A stretch of 64,000 bases of DNA from Lepidodermella squamata (GCA_047495785.1 JBLDXI010000032.1:3472001-3536000), one strand, 5' to 3'; shown: positions 12,699 through 23,840, counted from the stretch's first letter. Numbers and translations: made by a program. Notes: generated by a model not told the origin, from the sequence alone.

Positions 12699-14186
12699 AT
12701 GTCAAACAAATCCGGGCCTGATTTAGACAACTTTACTCATCAGGCTAAAAAACGACCGAGAACTGGGAAAGTATGGAACAGATTCAACTCGAAGAGAAGT
12801 TACCTGATCAAAGCTACTAGCAGATCGACGCCGGATTTGGAGAATCTGGTCATTCGCCCAAATACGACGATGGATAGGCCTAAAACGCCCGAAGCCTCCT
12901 CGCCAATCCCCGAAAGACCAGCTTCGGCCACTCGCCACTCGAATAACCTGCTTGGGCGAGCGTTATTGATGAAATATCGGCTAGGAAATCTTGCTCCGCC
13001 GGGTGTTTACAAGCTATCATCAGAGCATCTATCCCTGCCAATAAAGCCTGAACGACGAGCAAGCACGCCGAGTGATCGGCAACCTGGGCTAATTCTGCAG
13101 GGCAACCCGCTTCGAATCGGCAAAAGAGCAGATCATGTCATTCTCAGCCAAGAATGGAAGCCATCTGACAGCCTAACTGTGAAGGGTCCCATCAGCAAAG
13201 AAGGGCCGAAGTTTCGCTCAAAATTGTCAAGATTCACCATCCCGATGCAGCGACAGGTAGAGATACCAGCGACGGAAGAAGTAAAGATTATCCCGCGGAG
13301 CCGTCCATCTCTCACTGGTGAACTCGCTGAGAGATATCGGAAGGTTGCTATGGGTGTTTTCGAGCAAGATGTTATCAACGAATACATGGCTATCGGTGAT
13401 AGCCTGATTTCTTACAAGGATGCACTGCGAAACTTTACGAAAAGCTGCCGCGTCTCCGGCAGCGAGGCGACTGGTACCGAGCTGACCCTACCAAGCCTCG
13501 AATCTTCTGTACAAAAATTTTCTGTTACGCTAACTTCTGCTGGTAAGAGGCAAACGTTCAGGCAACGTGATATTCCGCCGAATATTCTAAATAAGATGCA
13601 ATCGTCTAATGGCAGTGGCAGACGTAGTTCTGTTGAATCTGAGCTGGCTCCGATGGATCCGATAATTGAAGCTAGGCCTAAAATCTACGTGTGTTTTCAT
13701 CCTGATCAAAAGCTCTACGTCAAGGAGATATGCAAAGTCTTGAAAACGATGAATTTCGAAATGAGATACAGCAAAAAGGTTGACCCGGATGAGATGTATC
13801 AAGTGACAGAACAAAGGGTGAGTTTTTTTTGTTAAATTCGGAGAAAAATCTCAAGGCGTGAATTTCAGATTTCCAAGTGTGACGCAGCTCTGGTCTGCTT
13901 CAGCGCAAACCTGCCTTCATGCGAGTTGTCTATGCGGGAAATAGTGATTGTAGCTGAAATTCACAAGCCATTCATCGCCGTGCAATTAGTCGATGACGAG
14001 CCACCGAGTCAATTTTTCCAGGTCGTTTTAAATGTCAATGTGGATGATTTCTATCAAATTTCCGCTCGCACGCTCGATCACGATGCTCTGGAGGTTGCCG
14101 CGGCTTTGATAAACGAAATATCTACGTCAAAAGCTACGGCACTTCGGCGGCAAAGTTCGACCCGAAAATCAGGCCAATACCCTTGA
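12699..14186 (+). CDS. TIR domain protein 2 with long disordered N-terminus
   Basis: Exons 12699-13817 and 13869-14186. IYVCFHPDQKLYVKEICKVL...ISKCDAALVCFS...SMREIVIVAEIHKPFIAVQL; intron at the same TIR position as in protein 1. Confidence 0.8.
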
Positions 14187-14712
14187 AATTTATAGCACTC
14201 TCATCTCATAAATTAATCAACCTTTGATTGATTGATTTGGCAAGGTTGAACTTTTGAGAGATTGATTGTTAATAAACAGGAAAGCGGAACGTTCGATTAC
14301 TTTTCAGCGTGGGACTTGTTTTCACGTAGGCTTTGAATTCTTAAAGCCGCCTCGCTCTAACAGTGGGCTTTAAGCAATTTTGGTATGAAGGAAGCCAGTT
14401 CGTAATAGGGGTTTCCGCCTTTGTGCGCGATTATATTATTATTATTATATAGCGATTTCGCGGTGAAATCAATGCTGCACTGTGCGCTACGGGCAACCTA
14501 TGCGCAATTAACGGCCAATGCAAACACGGTTATGATGAAAAATGCATGAGCGCAAGCCTGGCCGCGGTTGCATTTTGTTATTTTTCGCACCTCGTCGCCT
14601 AGCTGAGCACTGGTATGCCGGTGTCACGCTTAATGACTGTCTGCTTGTGTGCAGCACAAAGATTCTGAGCAATGTCGCTATGAACTTTAATCTATATAGG
14701 ACTTTCGTTAAA

Positions 14713-15366
14713 ATGAAGAGATACTCAACTATGACTAATCTTCAGGAGCCCAATACCGAGAACTCTAACGTAACACCTTTCGTCGCTAGCCAAACCAACA
14801 GCCACGCAAACGTCCTTAACAAATACAGCCCATATCGGCCGATTTTAAGCAAACTGTTCAGCCTTTCCACGACTCAGCTCGCAACGATAAACGAGGTGTG
14901 TGAAGATCCGGACGAAGATTCGGAATGGGAAGAAGATGGCTATGTGCAGTATTGGATGAAGCGTAGTAAAACGTTCGACGGCGTGTTGTCCCAAAAGGCT
15001 CGGCAGTCCGCTCAACCTCGCCAGCCCGAACAGGAGCTTTCCGTTATGGTCAACCACTTCCAACAAATGATCGCCGCAACCTCGGATAAACCAAACAAGG
15101 TTAGCCCGAAAGGACGCGGTAACATGCTGCCGTTCACTCGCGGGCCTGATGGTAAAACGAAAATACTCATCAAATGGCCGCCAGCTCCTCGGTCGGAAAA
15201 TTCGTACCTAGGTACCCAGAGTCGGAAAACTGCGGTGAGGCGGACCGCATCGAACGCGTTATCGAAATCAATGCCAAACACGCCTAACGTTCCTTTCATA
15301 AAATCCAACTTGATTCGCGGCAACAAGAAGCCATTACTTTCTGTCCAAAATCGCCCGTTATGTTGA
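14713..15366 (+). CDS. Disordered orphan protein 5 (ORF is open from 14542)
   Basis: ATG 14713 follows an acceptor-like TATATAG; LATINE motif followed by an acidic patch. Confidence 0.65.
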   Translation: MKRYSTMTNLQEPNTENSNVTPFVASQTNSHANVLNKYSPYRPILSKLFSLSTTQLATINEVCEDPDEDSEWEEDGYVQYWMKRSKTFDGVLSQKARQSAQPRQPEQELSVMVNHFQQMIAATSDKPNKVSPKGRGNMLPFTRGPDGKTKILIKWPPAPRSENSYLGTQSRKTAVRRTASNALSKSMPNTPNVPFIKSNLIRGNKKPLLSVQNRPLC

Positions 15367-15471
15367 CAAAAAAATTCCTGCTATTTTATACGCGCAATCT
15401 TTCTATATTGTCACGCTTTATTTCACTTTTCAAACGCGATTATGGTGATGAAATAATAAATAATTTTAAAA

Positions 15472-17622
15472 CTAGATTTTTGCTAGTGATCTTCTCGCTT
15501 TTGTTATCGATTTCCGGCGTGATGATTCTAGATGGTTAGGCAGCGAAATCGAGCCCACAAGTTTACTTAATTTAGGGTGTTTCGAACACGCTGCTACCCA
15601 TAAACTCCGTCGTATGACTAGAAGGTTCAAGGTCAAGTTCGCCGAACTTATTAGGACAATTGCTGCGATGAAAGTATGCACCCAGAGTTTTGCGACGTGG
15701 TTTTTCATGCCAAGCAGAATTATGGCCGTGACGACGTAGATGATCGATTGGCAAATCACGCCGCGCACTGTTTCCACCACATCTACAATGCGGTTGTGCC
15801 GCAAGTTTCTGCGCAATCGATAAGCAAAGACGCAGGCGACGCCTAGCAACAAGGTCAAGTAAAGCACGATTAAGTCTAGCCAATAGCTCGGCTGCGTTAG
15901 AGTGACGCAAATAGGTGGGCTATCGATAAGCTCGGACATTGGGCCGTTGTAGTAATCGATGGAAAACAACCGATCTTTATGCTGATCGACCGCGAAGTAC
16001 CAACTTAAGAGAAAGGGAATAGTTACGACACAGCAGATTGCCGTAAAACTCAGCTCGAAAATTGTCTGCTCCTGGCGTGATGTAGGCCTATTTCGTTCCC
16101 ACTTGGCCAACTTCAGGCTGGTCACTGAAGGCCTGGGTAGAGGATCAAAGTCGAATTTCCCACTCTCCATCGGAGTTGTAGGTGTCTTGGGCGAAATAGC
16201 TGGTTTTGGGAGATCAGTCAGAGTGTAAACCTTCACAACGTTTGCAGGGGCAGTTTCGAGATGAGAAGCTTTCATCAGAGACACAAAAACACTGACATTA
16301 GCTTTTTGTTCTTCTGTTCGATTTGAAACTAAGGAAATTCCTCGGTTGTTTCGCCGACCTGCCAGAATCAATCTACTAAGAACGAATCCGTGCATAAGTG
16401 ACAAGGCGAAAATGCTTGTTATCGGCCGAGCTGCGCACCAAAATGGGTTCGATTCACCAGTCACGAATGAGATGGCGGAAATGTTGTAAAACAGCCCGAT
16501 TACGACAACTAATAATCGCTGAGGCAAAGTTCTTTGCATAAATTCCCGGGTTCTTCGGAGATAAATGCTTAGCAGGAGAATAGACAATTGAAAAATTGTT
16601 AGAATTGAAGCTAAACCTAGGATGGTTTTGAAGACATAACGAGACAACTTTTCTTCATCCTGCTCTGGGCCAGTAAGGGTTGTTAATTTCGTAATACTAA
16701 TCCGATCGTCGGGACTTCTGCTGATTTCATAGTTTATCTGCATCTCAAAGGTCGACTTTCCAGTTGAAGCCGGTGAAGCGACGAGTAATCTCGGCTGATT
16801 GGGCTGAATTGCCGTAGTTTTACCAGAAATCACTGGTAGAATCCTCAGAGCTTCATTACCGCAGAAAAGGCTTTCGGAAAAAGAGTCTCCGATGAAATAT
16901 ATACCGGTTGTCATTACGTCGTTTGCGCAAGAGTTTGGGAATTCAAGAGATCCGGGTGATGAAGTGCTTAGGATTCGAAATCTCCTATTTCCTATCCCTC
17001 GAAATCCCGACACGCGGCAGAAAAAGTTCGCGAGGTCGAGGTAGCTCATCCCGTTAACTATAACCAGCCCATTTGCGTCGAGACCCGCAAATTTCGAAAT
17101 TAACTCGTCGTCCAAGTCGAAATCAATCATAAATCTCGAGTAGGAAATTCGGTCTTTCAAGTTTTCAGACAAGTTCACAGCAACTTCGATTTCGAGCGAA
17201 TACTTTGGGAAATAATCGATAACCAATATTTCTTCTGGCCTTATAATTGTGTCGACAAAAGAAGCGATGAGCGATACGGAAACTTGTCGGTTATTTCGGA
17301 TTAGGTCGCAAGTTGGAAAGCCAATCTTGCGATGCCAGGCTGTAAAAATTCGAGGTAATCTGCGACAGCTGTCAGCCGAAAAAGGTCCAATGGCTAACGA
17401 AGCAGAGTTTTCCTCCAGGTCTTGAAATAAGTTATCGTTGAATTTTTCGCTATCAGAAAAAAATGTCGCGCTAATTGATTCCTTCGCTACAGCTGAAGTT
17501 ATTGCTTCGCTGCATTCTCGGGAATCAGATCGAATAAAAGTCAAGACATTTTTAGAGTTGGAATTGCTAATTAGCGATACCAGAACGCAGGTAATTAGAA
17601 CATCTAACTTGAAGCACCACAT
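15472..17622 (-). CDS. Divergent class C GPCR (GABA-B/GPR156-like 7TM, shortened Venus-flytrap-like ectodomain)
   Basis: Signal peptide; LAIGPFSADSC..L......W resembles the ANF-receptor fold N-terminus; seven hydrophobic helices with class C patterns CAARPITSIFALSLMHGFVLSRL and LLGVACVFAYRLR; intronless 716 aa. Confidence 0.75.
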   Translation of the reverse strand: MWCFKLDVLITCVLVSLISNSNSKNVLTFIRSDSRECSEAITSAVAKESISATFFSDSEKFNDNLFQDLEENSASLAIGPFSADSCRRLPRIFTAWHRKIGFPTCDLIRNNRQVSVSLIASFVDTIIRPEEILVIDYFPKYSLEIEVAVNLSENLKDRISYSRFMIDFDLDDELISKFAGLDANGLVIVNGMSYLDLANFFCRVSGFRGIGNRRFRILSTSSPGSLEFPNSCANDVMTTGIYFIGDSFSESLFCGNEALRILPVISGKTTAIQPNQPRLLVASPASTGKSTFEMQINYEISRSPDDRISITKLTTLTGPEQDEEKLSRYVFKTILGLASILTIFQLSILLLSIYLRRTREFMQRTLPQRLLVVVIGLFYNISAISFVTGESNPFWCAARPITSIFALSLMHGFVLSRLILAGRRNNRGISLVSNRTEEQKANVSVFVSLMKASHLETAPANVVKVYTLTDLPKPAISPKTPTTPMESGKFDFDPLPRPSVTSLKLAKWERNRPTSRQEQTIFELSFTAICCVVTIPFLLSWYFAVDQHKDRLFSIDYYNGPMSELIDSPPICVTLTQPSYWLDLIVLYLTLLLGVACVFAYRLRRNLRHNRIVDVVETVRGVICQSIIYVVTAIILLGMKNHVAKLWVHTFIAAIVLISSANLTLNLLVIRRSLWVAACSKHPKLSKLVGSISLPNHLESSRRKSITKARRSLAKI

Positions 17623-18145
17623 GTTTTTTTTATGATATAATGGCTCTGATTTGTGACGCCGACATTGTTTTAGTTTTTTCGCTAACCTTCTCCCCCTCTT
17701 CCTACGAATCGAGGCATTTTATTAAGGAAGCTTGCCGTTTCGAGGTTAGACAGGACGTAATTTTTTTTATTGTCTGTGAAAAAACTTGTCTGCGTAGTCT
17801 CAGAAGAGCGCAAGAAAAAAATACGTAAAAGGGCAGTACCCAGGCGGCGCCGATAATTTCAATTTACGTTAAATCGATCTGCGCGGCAGCGAGGAAGGTA
17901 TTTTATTATGATGAATAATTAACGAGATCGAGAACGAAAACCGGAAACGTAGGGCCTTCTGTAAATACGCTGGCACCTTGGCTGCGTTTAGCAACTATAT
18001 AACGCCTATCATTCGATTCGCCTTTCCACGTTCGGACTATCAAAAATGATAGCATGGTATTTTGGGGCAGTCGGCTTCGCTAAAATAAAAAACGCCGCCG
18101 CTTGACTGATATTTATCTTGGCAACATACTAGCAACAGGGCGATC

Positions 18146-20190
18146 ATGTTCGACGACGATCTATTGACTCCATCGCCGTTCACTTTGCCATCAGTTGGTC
18201 TTTCATATTCACCCTCGCCGTCAGTCAATTCGCGCTATAATAACAATTCAATGGACTATGTTTTAACTGAACGTGAGGGGGCGACGTCGTTTTTCACGTA
18301 TTACACACCGCCCCGGGATCATCCACGCCCTAGAACTATGACTCCGACCAAGTTCCGGCAGGACAAGTTTATCACCCCGAAGTTTCTAGTGTCAACCGGT
18401 GGCCCGGGTCTGAAGCGGAATATTCAAACCCTGACGAAATCCCCAGTTCGCCATTCGGTGCCGCCGCGACTTGTCACGCCAAACGCAGTGTTCTATGAGG
18501 CCGTTGCGCCCGAAAAAGTTCCAGCAGACGCCCTGCAGACGCCGCGAAAATCACCGCAAAAAGTTGCGGAGAAATACCCGTCGATTTACCCGCGCCATAG
18601 CAACACGCCCCGAGCTGCTAAGGAATTTAAAACCGCCGAAGGTTTCATTTCATCGCAAAAGTGCCGATGGGAAGCTGCCGATCGAATCCTAACCGATCGC
18701 AGTAAGACAATGATTGCATGGACGCCGAAGGCCTCGCCGTCGAACGGAGCTTCCCCGCTGTCCGGGTTCTACCCGGAAATCACCAACAGCCGCACTGTTA
18801 CGCCGTCTAAATATCGACCAAATTTCACGAGCTCGTCAGTGAACACGAACGCTCGATTTATTGATATCGATATCGCCGCTTCAGCATCGCCGGCTACCGT
18901 AGTTTACGTGCAGCCGTTGACAAAAGCTGGGCGTCTCTTAACCCCGACAAAATACCGAAATCCATCGTCCAACTCCCGGCGCGAGCCGCAGGTCCTGTTC
19001 CCCATGGCTTTTCTGTCCAATGTCTCGACCCCGTCGCAAGACCTGGAAGTTATGGCGATTAAAGCCAAGGCTGATGATGTGATATCTTGGTCGTCGATTT
19101 CCTCATCAGAGGACGACGGAGAAAAAACTACAGTCGCAGGGAAATCTGCGAAAAAGAGTGTCAAAGTCACGTTCAACGAGGCGATAGTTGTTAGGGAAGG
19201 GACCAAAACCACCGTCTCCAATCCAGGCTCAATATGTCGAGTTGGTCTTAGGCACCGATCTTCATCGGCTGATTCAGTCAGACCCTGCGAGTTCACGAAG
19301 GACGAATCTTGGCAGGAAGACTCGACAGTTCTTAGGCACAAATTAGAAATCAGCAAGAATGACATAACGCCATGCCACTACGACGTTGCTGTCGAAATTC
19401 TGACCGGCGACTTTTTCAACGAGGTCAACGAACGATTCGGCCGGCTCTACGTCAAACACATTATTCAACTAGCGAATCGGCCGAAAAAGCGAGCTCAATC
19501 ACGAGTCATTATGAGGCATAGCCTAGATACCAGCTCGAAATTTGAGCAGTCTTTAGCCGCGGCGAAAGCTGTATTACAGAAACGGCCGCATCGAACGTCT
19601 TTGACTAGAGCTCAATCGGCCGAATGTTTACTGCCTTTGATTGAAGCGGAAACAATTAGTGCCGATGATGCTGTTATTGACCTGAAAGATGACGACAGCG
19701 ATTCGGATCAGCCCGGACGTAGGCGGCGGGTGTTTATCAGCTACGCACCGGAACAAAAGCACATCGCCCACGCAATTTGGAAGAAACTTCTACCAATCTA
19801 CGACGTGGCGATCGATGAAAATGTTGATCGATCGAATCCGCCCACGGAGGAGATAAAGAAAGGGGTGAGTTGCTGCGTATTTTAACAATGCTAAATGTTT
19901 AACTAATATCGATTCGTCCGTTCACCTAGATCAAACGAGCTGATTTGGTAATTATGTGCTATAGCGAGAGCTACGCATCGGTTATATACCCGGACAGTGA
20001 GGCTTATGTCATAAATGAGTTGCGAAAGCCGGTGATGCCGATATGTGTCGAGCAAGATTACGAGGCTGAAGGATGGCTGGCGAAAATTCTCAGAGCCGAC
20101 TACGTAACGCCTGAAACAACTCTGCTAGAGCCTGTCCTAGATGAAGATCTCGACAGCCTGTTGACGGACATCGAACATTTATTGCCTTAA
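18146..20190 (+). CDS. TIR domain protein 3 with long S/T-P-rich disordered N-terminus
   Basis: Exons 18146-19864 and 19930-20190. VFISYAPEQKHIAHAIWKKL...IKRADLVIMCYSESY...DSEAYVINELRKPVMPICVEQDYEAEGWL is a typical invertebrate TIR_2 pattern. Confidence 0.85.
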
Positions 20191-20501
20191 AAATTTATGC
20201 CCGTGTGAATTTTAAATATTTTTTAGGTTTTTTCAAATTTTCATGAAACTTTTTATGTATCCTCTCGCATCTGCTCTGATGATAAAAATAACTTCAATAA
20301 TGGTACCTGTTCTGTCTACGGTACGTTGCATGTCGCAATGTTGACATCCATTCTTGTGGCTGAAGTTACAGCACGCAGGTGTTGTGCACTTGTGTTATCA
20401 ACGCATAACAATTCCACACACACATACATTACTACTACCTATAGCACACACATACATTAAAACCAAGTTGGGTATAGAGACCAGTTTTAGTATACTGAAA
20501 T

Positions 20502-22901
20502 ATGATTTTTGTTAAGAAACACCTGTACGTATTCGCAGCGTTCACGGCATTCTCCCTATCATTCAGCGCATGGGTTTTAAGCGTTCGATCCGGTTATTGG
20601 CAGCTCGTCCAATCAAGGGAGCCGCTCGAAGAATGCGTGTTTCACGACTGGTTCGCGCCTATGGAGTCAACGGATTTATCGCTAAGCGATGATGTTATCA
20701 ACATAGCCTTCCTCGTTGTTCAACACAGGCCAACGCATGCCGAGTCAGTTTTAGGCGCTGTCAGCAGCATCTGCGATTCATTCATGCATAAAAATTTCGT
20801 GAAACGGCTCAACTTCACGTTTTACATCATAGCCGACTCATCCGCCTCGAATTTCTCAGACGGCCCAGGCTACTGCGGCTACCTCATCCATATACCTGTT
20901 GACGTCAAAGACGAAGTCGACCCTAACCGATGTGATATTGTGCTGACCAACTTGGATAGCCATCCTTACTCCGATAAAAACGTGTATCGCAGCACGTTTA
21001 TCGTCGATTCGAAGGTTCGTTTTGTTGGAAGAATGAACCCGTGGCGCCTGTTGACCGGCAATTTAATCGCCTTTGCGCATCAGTCGATGATTAGCAAACG
21101 AGGACGGTGGTCTACCGGCTCGGCGGTTTACACTAGCAAATTTTTCGGCGGCCACCCTGAGTCGATTCGATCGTTCTGTGATAAATTGAACGCCGATAAT
21201 AAGCCGATGAGTTTTCAGAAGGAGTTTGATAAGTATATGCACGAGCACCCACCCTCGCAGACAGTTTTCATCGACATTCACGGTTGCGGTCCGATAAGCA
21301 AGATTTATCCATCTTTCGTGTTCACCGGGCTGGTGCATGTCCCACTTCACGAGGAAATCACGCATCTTCAGTATCTTGAAGTTTTGAAAGAAAGCGAAGA
21401 AGTCGAGCAGCGGCGGCAAAATGCGATTGATGTCGCTGATAGCATTAAAAGGAACTACTTCTCTTCAATTGCTAGCAGGCTGAATGGCGATCAGGTAGAT
21501 ATTTTTTTAATTTTCTTTGAATTTGCCAACTTTTCTTATTTTAGGATTCCTATTTCGTTACGGCTACTTGCCGATTTCCTAACGCTACGTGTTACGATGA
21601 TCTTTTTGAGGAAACTTATGGTAAAGGATTCCTACCTCCCGCGAAATATCGAGCCTTAGTACTTGCGTCCGATAACACCTTAACTCGTTGTGCTTATGCT
21701 GAAAATTCCTGCAATGGTTTAGGTATTTTTCCTGATTTTTTATTTAACAATCCTAAATTGCGGTTTATTTTAAGGTGACCGATTACGTGGTAGTATCACG
21801 GCCCTTTACTTGGCGATTGCGACTAAGCGGGTGTTCCACATGGATTGGATTAGGCCGGCTAATGCTGCTGACTATTTCTTGATAAACGAGCACTTCTACG
21901 GGCAAGAAAGCACCCCGAAAGCCTATGATTCAAAACACGAGGCTGCGAATAATGCAACTCATTGGATTCTGCATCGAGGCGATATTGATGAAACTGTCTA
22001 TTATAAAGAGCTGGTTCGAGAAGACTTCATCTCGAATTATTCGAATTATTCCAACATCAATCTCATGACAAATCGATACGTTGGCTTGGAAGCTGTCTTG
22101 AAGAATCCTTCGTTTAAAGATTCGTTGAGAAAAATGGTCCCGACAGCGTTGAAAAATAATGGCGATTTTTTACCGGTCATCTCTGGCGGCATGCGAGCTA
22201 TTTTTGAGAGGCCTAATAAGCGATTTTCAGATTTATTCACTCGAGTCATCGAAGACACTATCGGATACGATTTCTGGCTGAGTTCGATCAAAATTGGAGT
22301 GCAAATTCGGACGGAAGGTATTTTTTATAAAAAAAATTCATGAATAAATTCCAGTTTAAATTTTGTTATAGCTGTGGAATTCGGAATGGGATTTCGAGTA
22401 GTTCCAGCTCAAGTCATGTGTTTCATCAACGAAATAGCTCGAATAATTTCTTTGAAGGTTCGAAACTCGTACTTTGGCGAGGAAAGTCGGGCTATAAGCC
22501 TATTCATCACAGCAGACTGGGACGATGCGTATTCGTTGTTCACGAAGTCCTCGCCATTCGCCGACTATCCGAACATGAAAATGTTTTACACCGGTAAAGA
22601 GTTCAACCTGACGCTGACTCACATGTCGAAAAGCAAATTCAACGCTGCAGCGATGGACGAAGATGCGCAATGGATGGAGGGCGCGAAGGGCTTTTTGGAC
22701 TGGTACATCTTGTCGAAAATGGACTACCTCGTCATTAGTCGCAGTGGGTTTGGCGAAAGCGCGGCGTTACTTTCGTTGGCTCCGACTCGCCGATTCCGGC
22801 ATTGGCTTAGCAAAAACGGGAAATGCGAGTTTGAGGACTACTATGAAAAGATCTCCAGTCTCACTGTTGCTCCCAGTCTTGATATCTACGACGTTCTTTG
22901 A
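20502..22901 (+). CDS. Type II membrane glycosyltransferase A: GT6/ABO-like domain plus fucosyltransferase-like (GT-B) domain
   Basis: Exons 20502-21494, 21545-21722, 21775-22317, 22372-22901. N-terminal TM; FYIIAD, FFGGHPESI, KYMHEHPP (GT6-like); CNGLGDRLRG, IGVQIRTE, FITADW, DWYILSKMDYLVISRSGFG (FUT motifs I-III). Confidence 0.85.
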
Positions 22902-23042
22902 AACATTTTGGCAATAAATTTTTGAAATTGAATAAAAACTCGTGTTTAGTACTCAACGTTGCCGTAGTCGGGCTTACAGCTTTTCAAGAGGGGATTAAAC
23001 CGGCGATGTGTTGGGAGAAAGGAATATCTTCATGTTCAAACA

Positions 23043-23840
23043 ATGAATCAACATAGGCTTTTCCAGGCCTTTTCGGCCCTAATAATTCTTTGTGCTATTT
23101 CTTTGTCAACTTGGTGGCTATCTCGTGGCGCTTTCCCAACAGCAGTTTCCAGCCAAGGCCATTGGGTCAGACTGAGAAATTAAGAATATAAGCACGTTCT
23201 AAACGTGGCTATCGCCTTATTCCACCACCGAAATTCAATCTTCAACTCAACAATCGCATCAATAGAGAACATTTGTGAGTCTCTGGTCAAGGACGGCAAT
23301 CGGAACGGCATTAATGCGACAGTCTACGTGTTTTTGGCGAGGGACATGTACGACCCCACGAAAACTGCTCTTGGAAGTGCAACTTGCGCTCGGATGATTG
23401 TCTACCACATAGAGGAGAACGCCGACGATTCGGACATTGACAGGTGTCAGATTTTGTTGAAACGCTTTTCAAACGATGGCTTGTTCTTCGCGAAATCATG
23501 GTTTGACAGAATTTTTGTATCTGACTCAACGCTGAGTTTCGCCAGCAGCATTGATTTGGCGGCTTACTCAGGAGAAGGCTTGCTAGCTTTCACGAATCCT
23601 TCCAAGGATTTCACTTCAGCAGTCTTCGCCGGTCCCTTACAGGCTGTCATGGATCTCTGTATCGCTCTATCGAACAACAGCGAGGAGAAACGATTCCAAT
23701 TGAAATTCGATCAATATTTGCAGGCTCATTTGCCGGCGCAAACCGCTTTATTACGAAAGAAGAACGAGAAATCTGATTTACGGAACACTTTCGACCTGGA
23801 AATTTCAGCTAATTTTTTAGGACCTGTCATTGAAATTTAG
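23043..23840 (+). pseudogene. Stand-alone GT6-like paralog with an in-frame TAA (pseudogene, or a 27-nt micro-intron)
   Basis: ATG 23043 encodes a signal anchor in the same frame as the 23205 ORF, separated by TAA 23181-23183. DIDRC, VFAGP and FQLKFDQYL match paralogs A-C; no FUT domain follows. Confidence 0.55.

Noticed and set aside
9053-20190. Prokaryotic TIR anti-phage system (Thoeris-like)
   Set aside because: The genes have spliceosomal introns and polyA signals and sit among metazoan genes; no prokaryotic effector genes are present.
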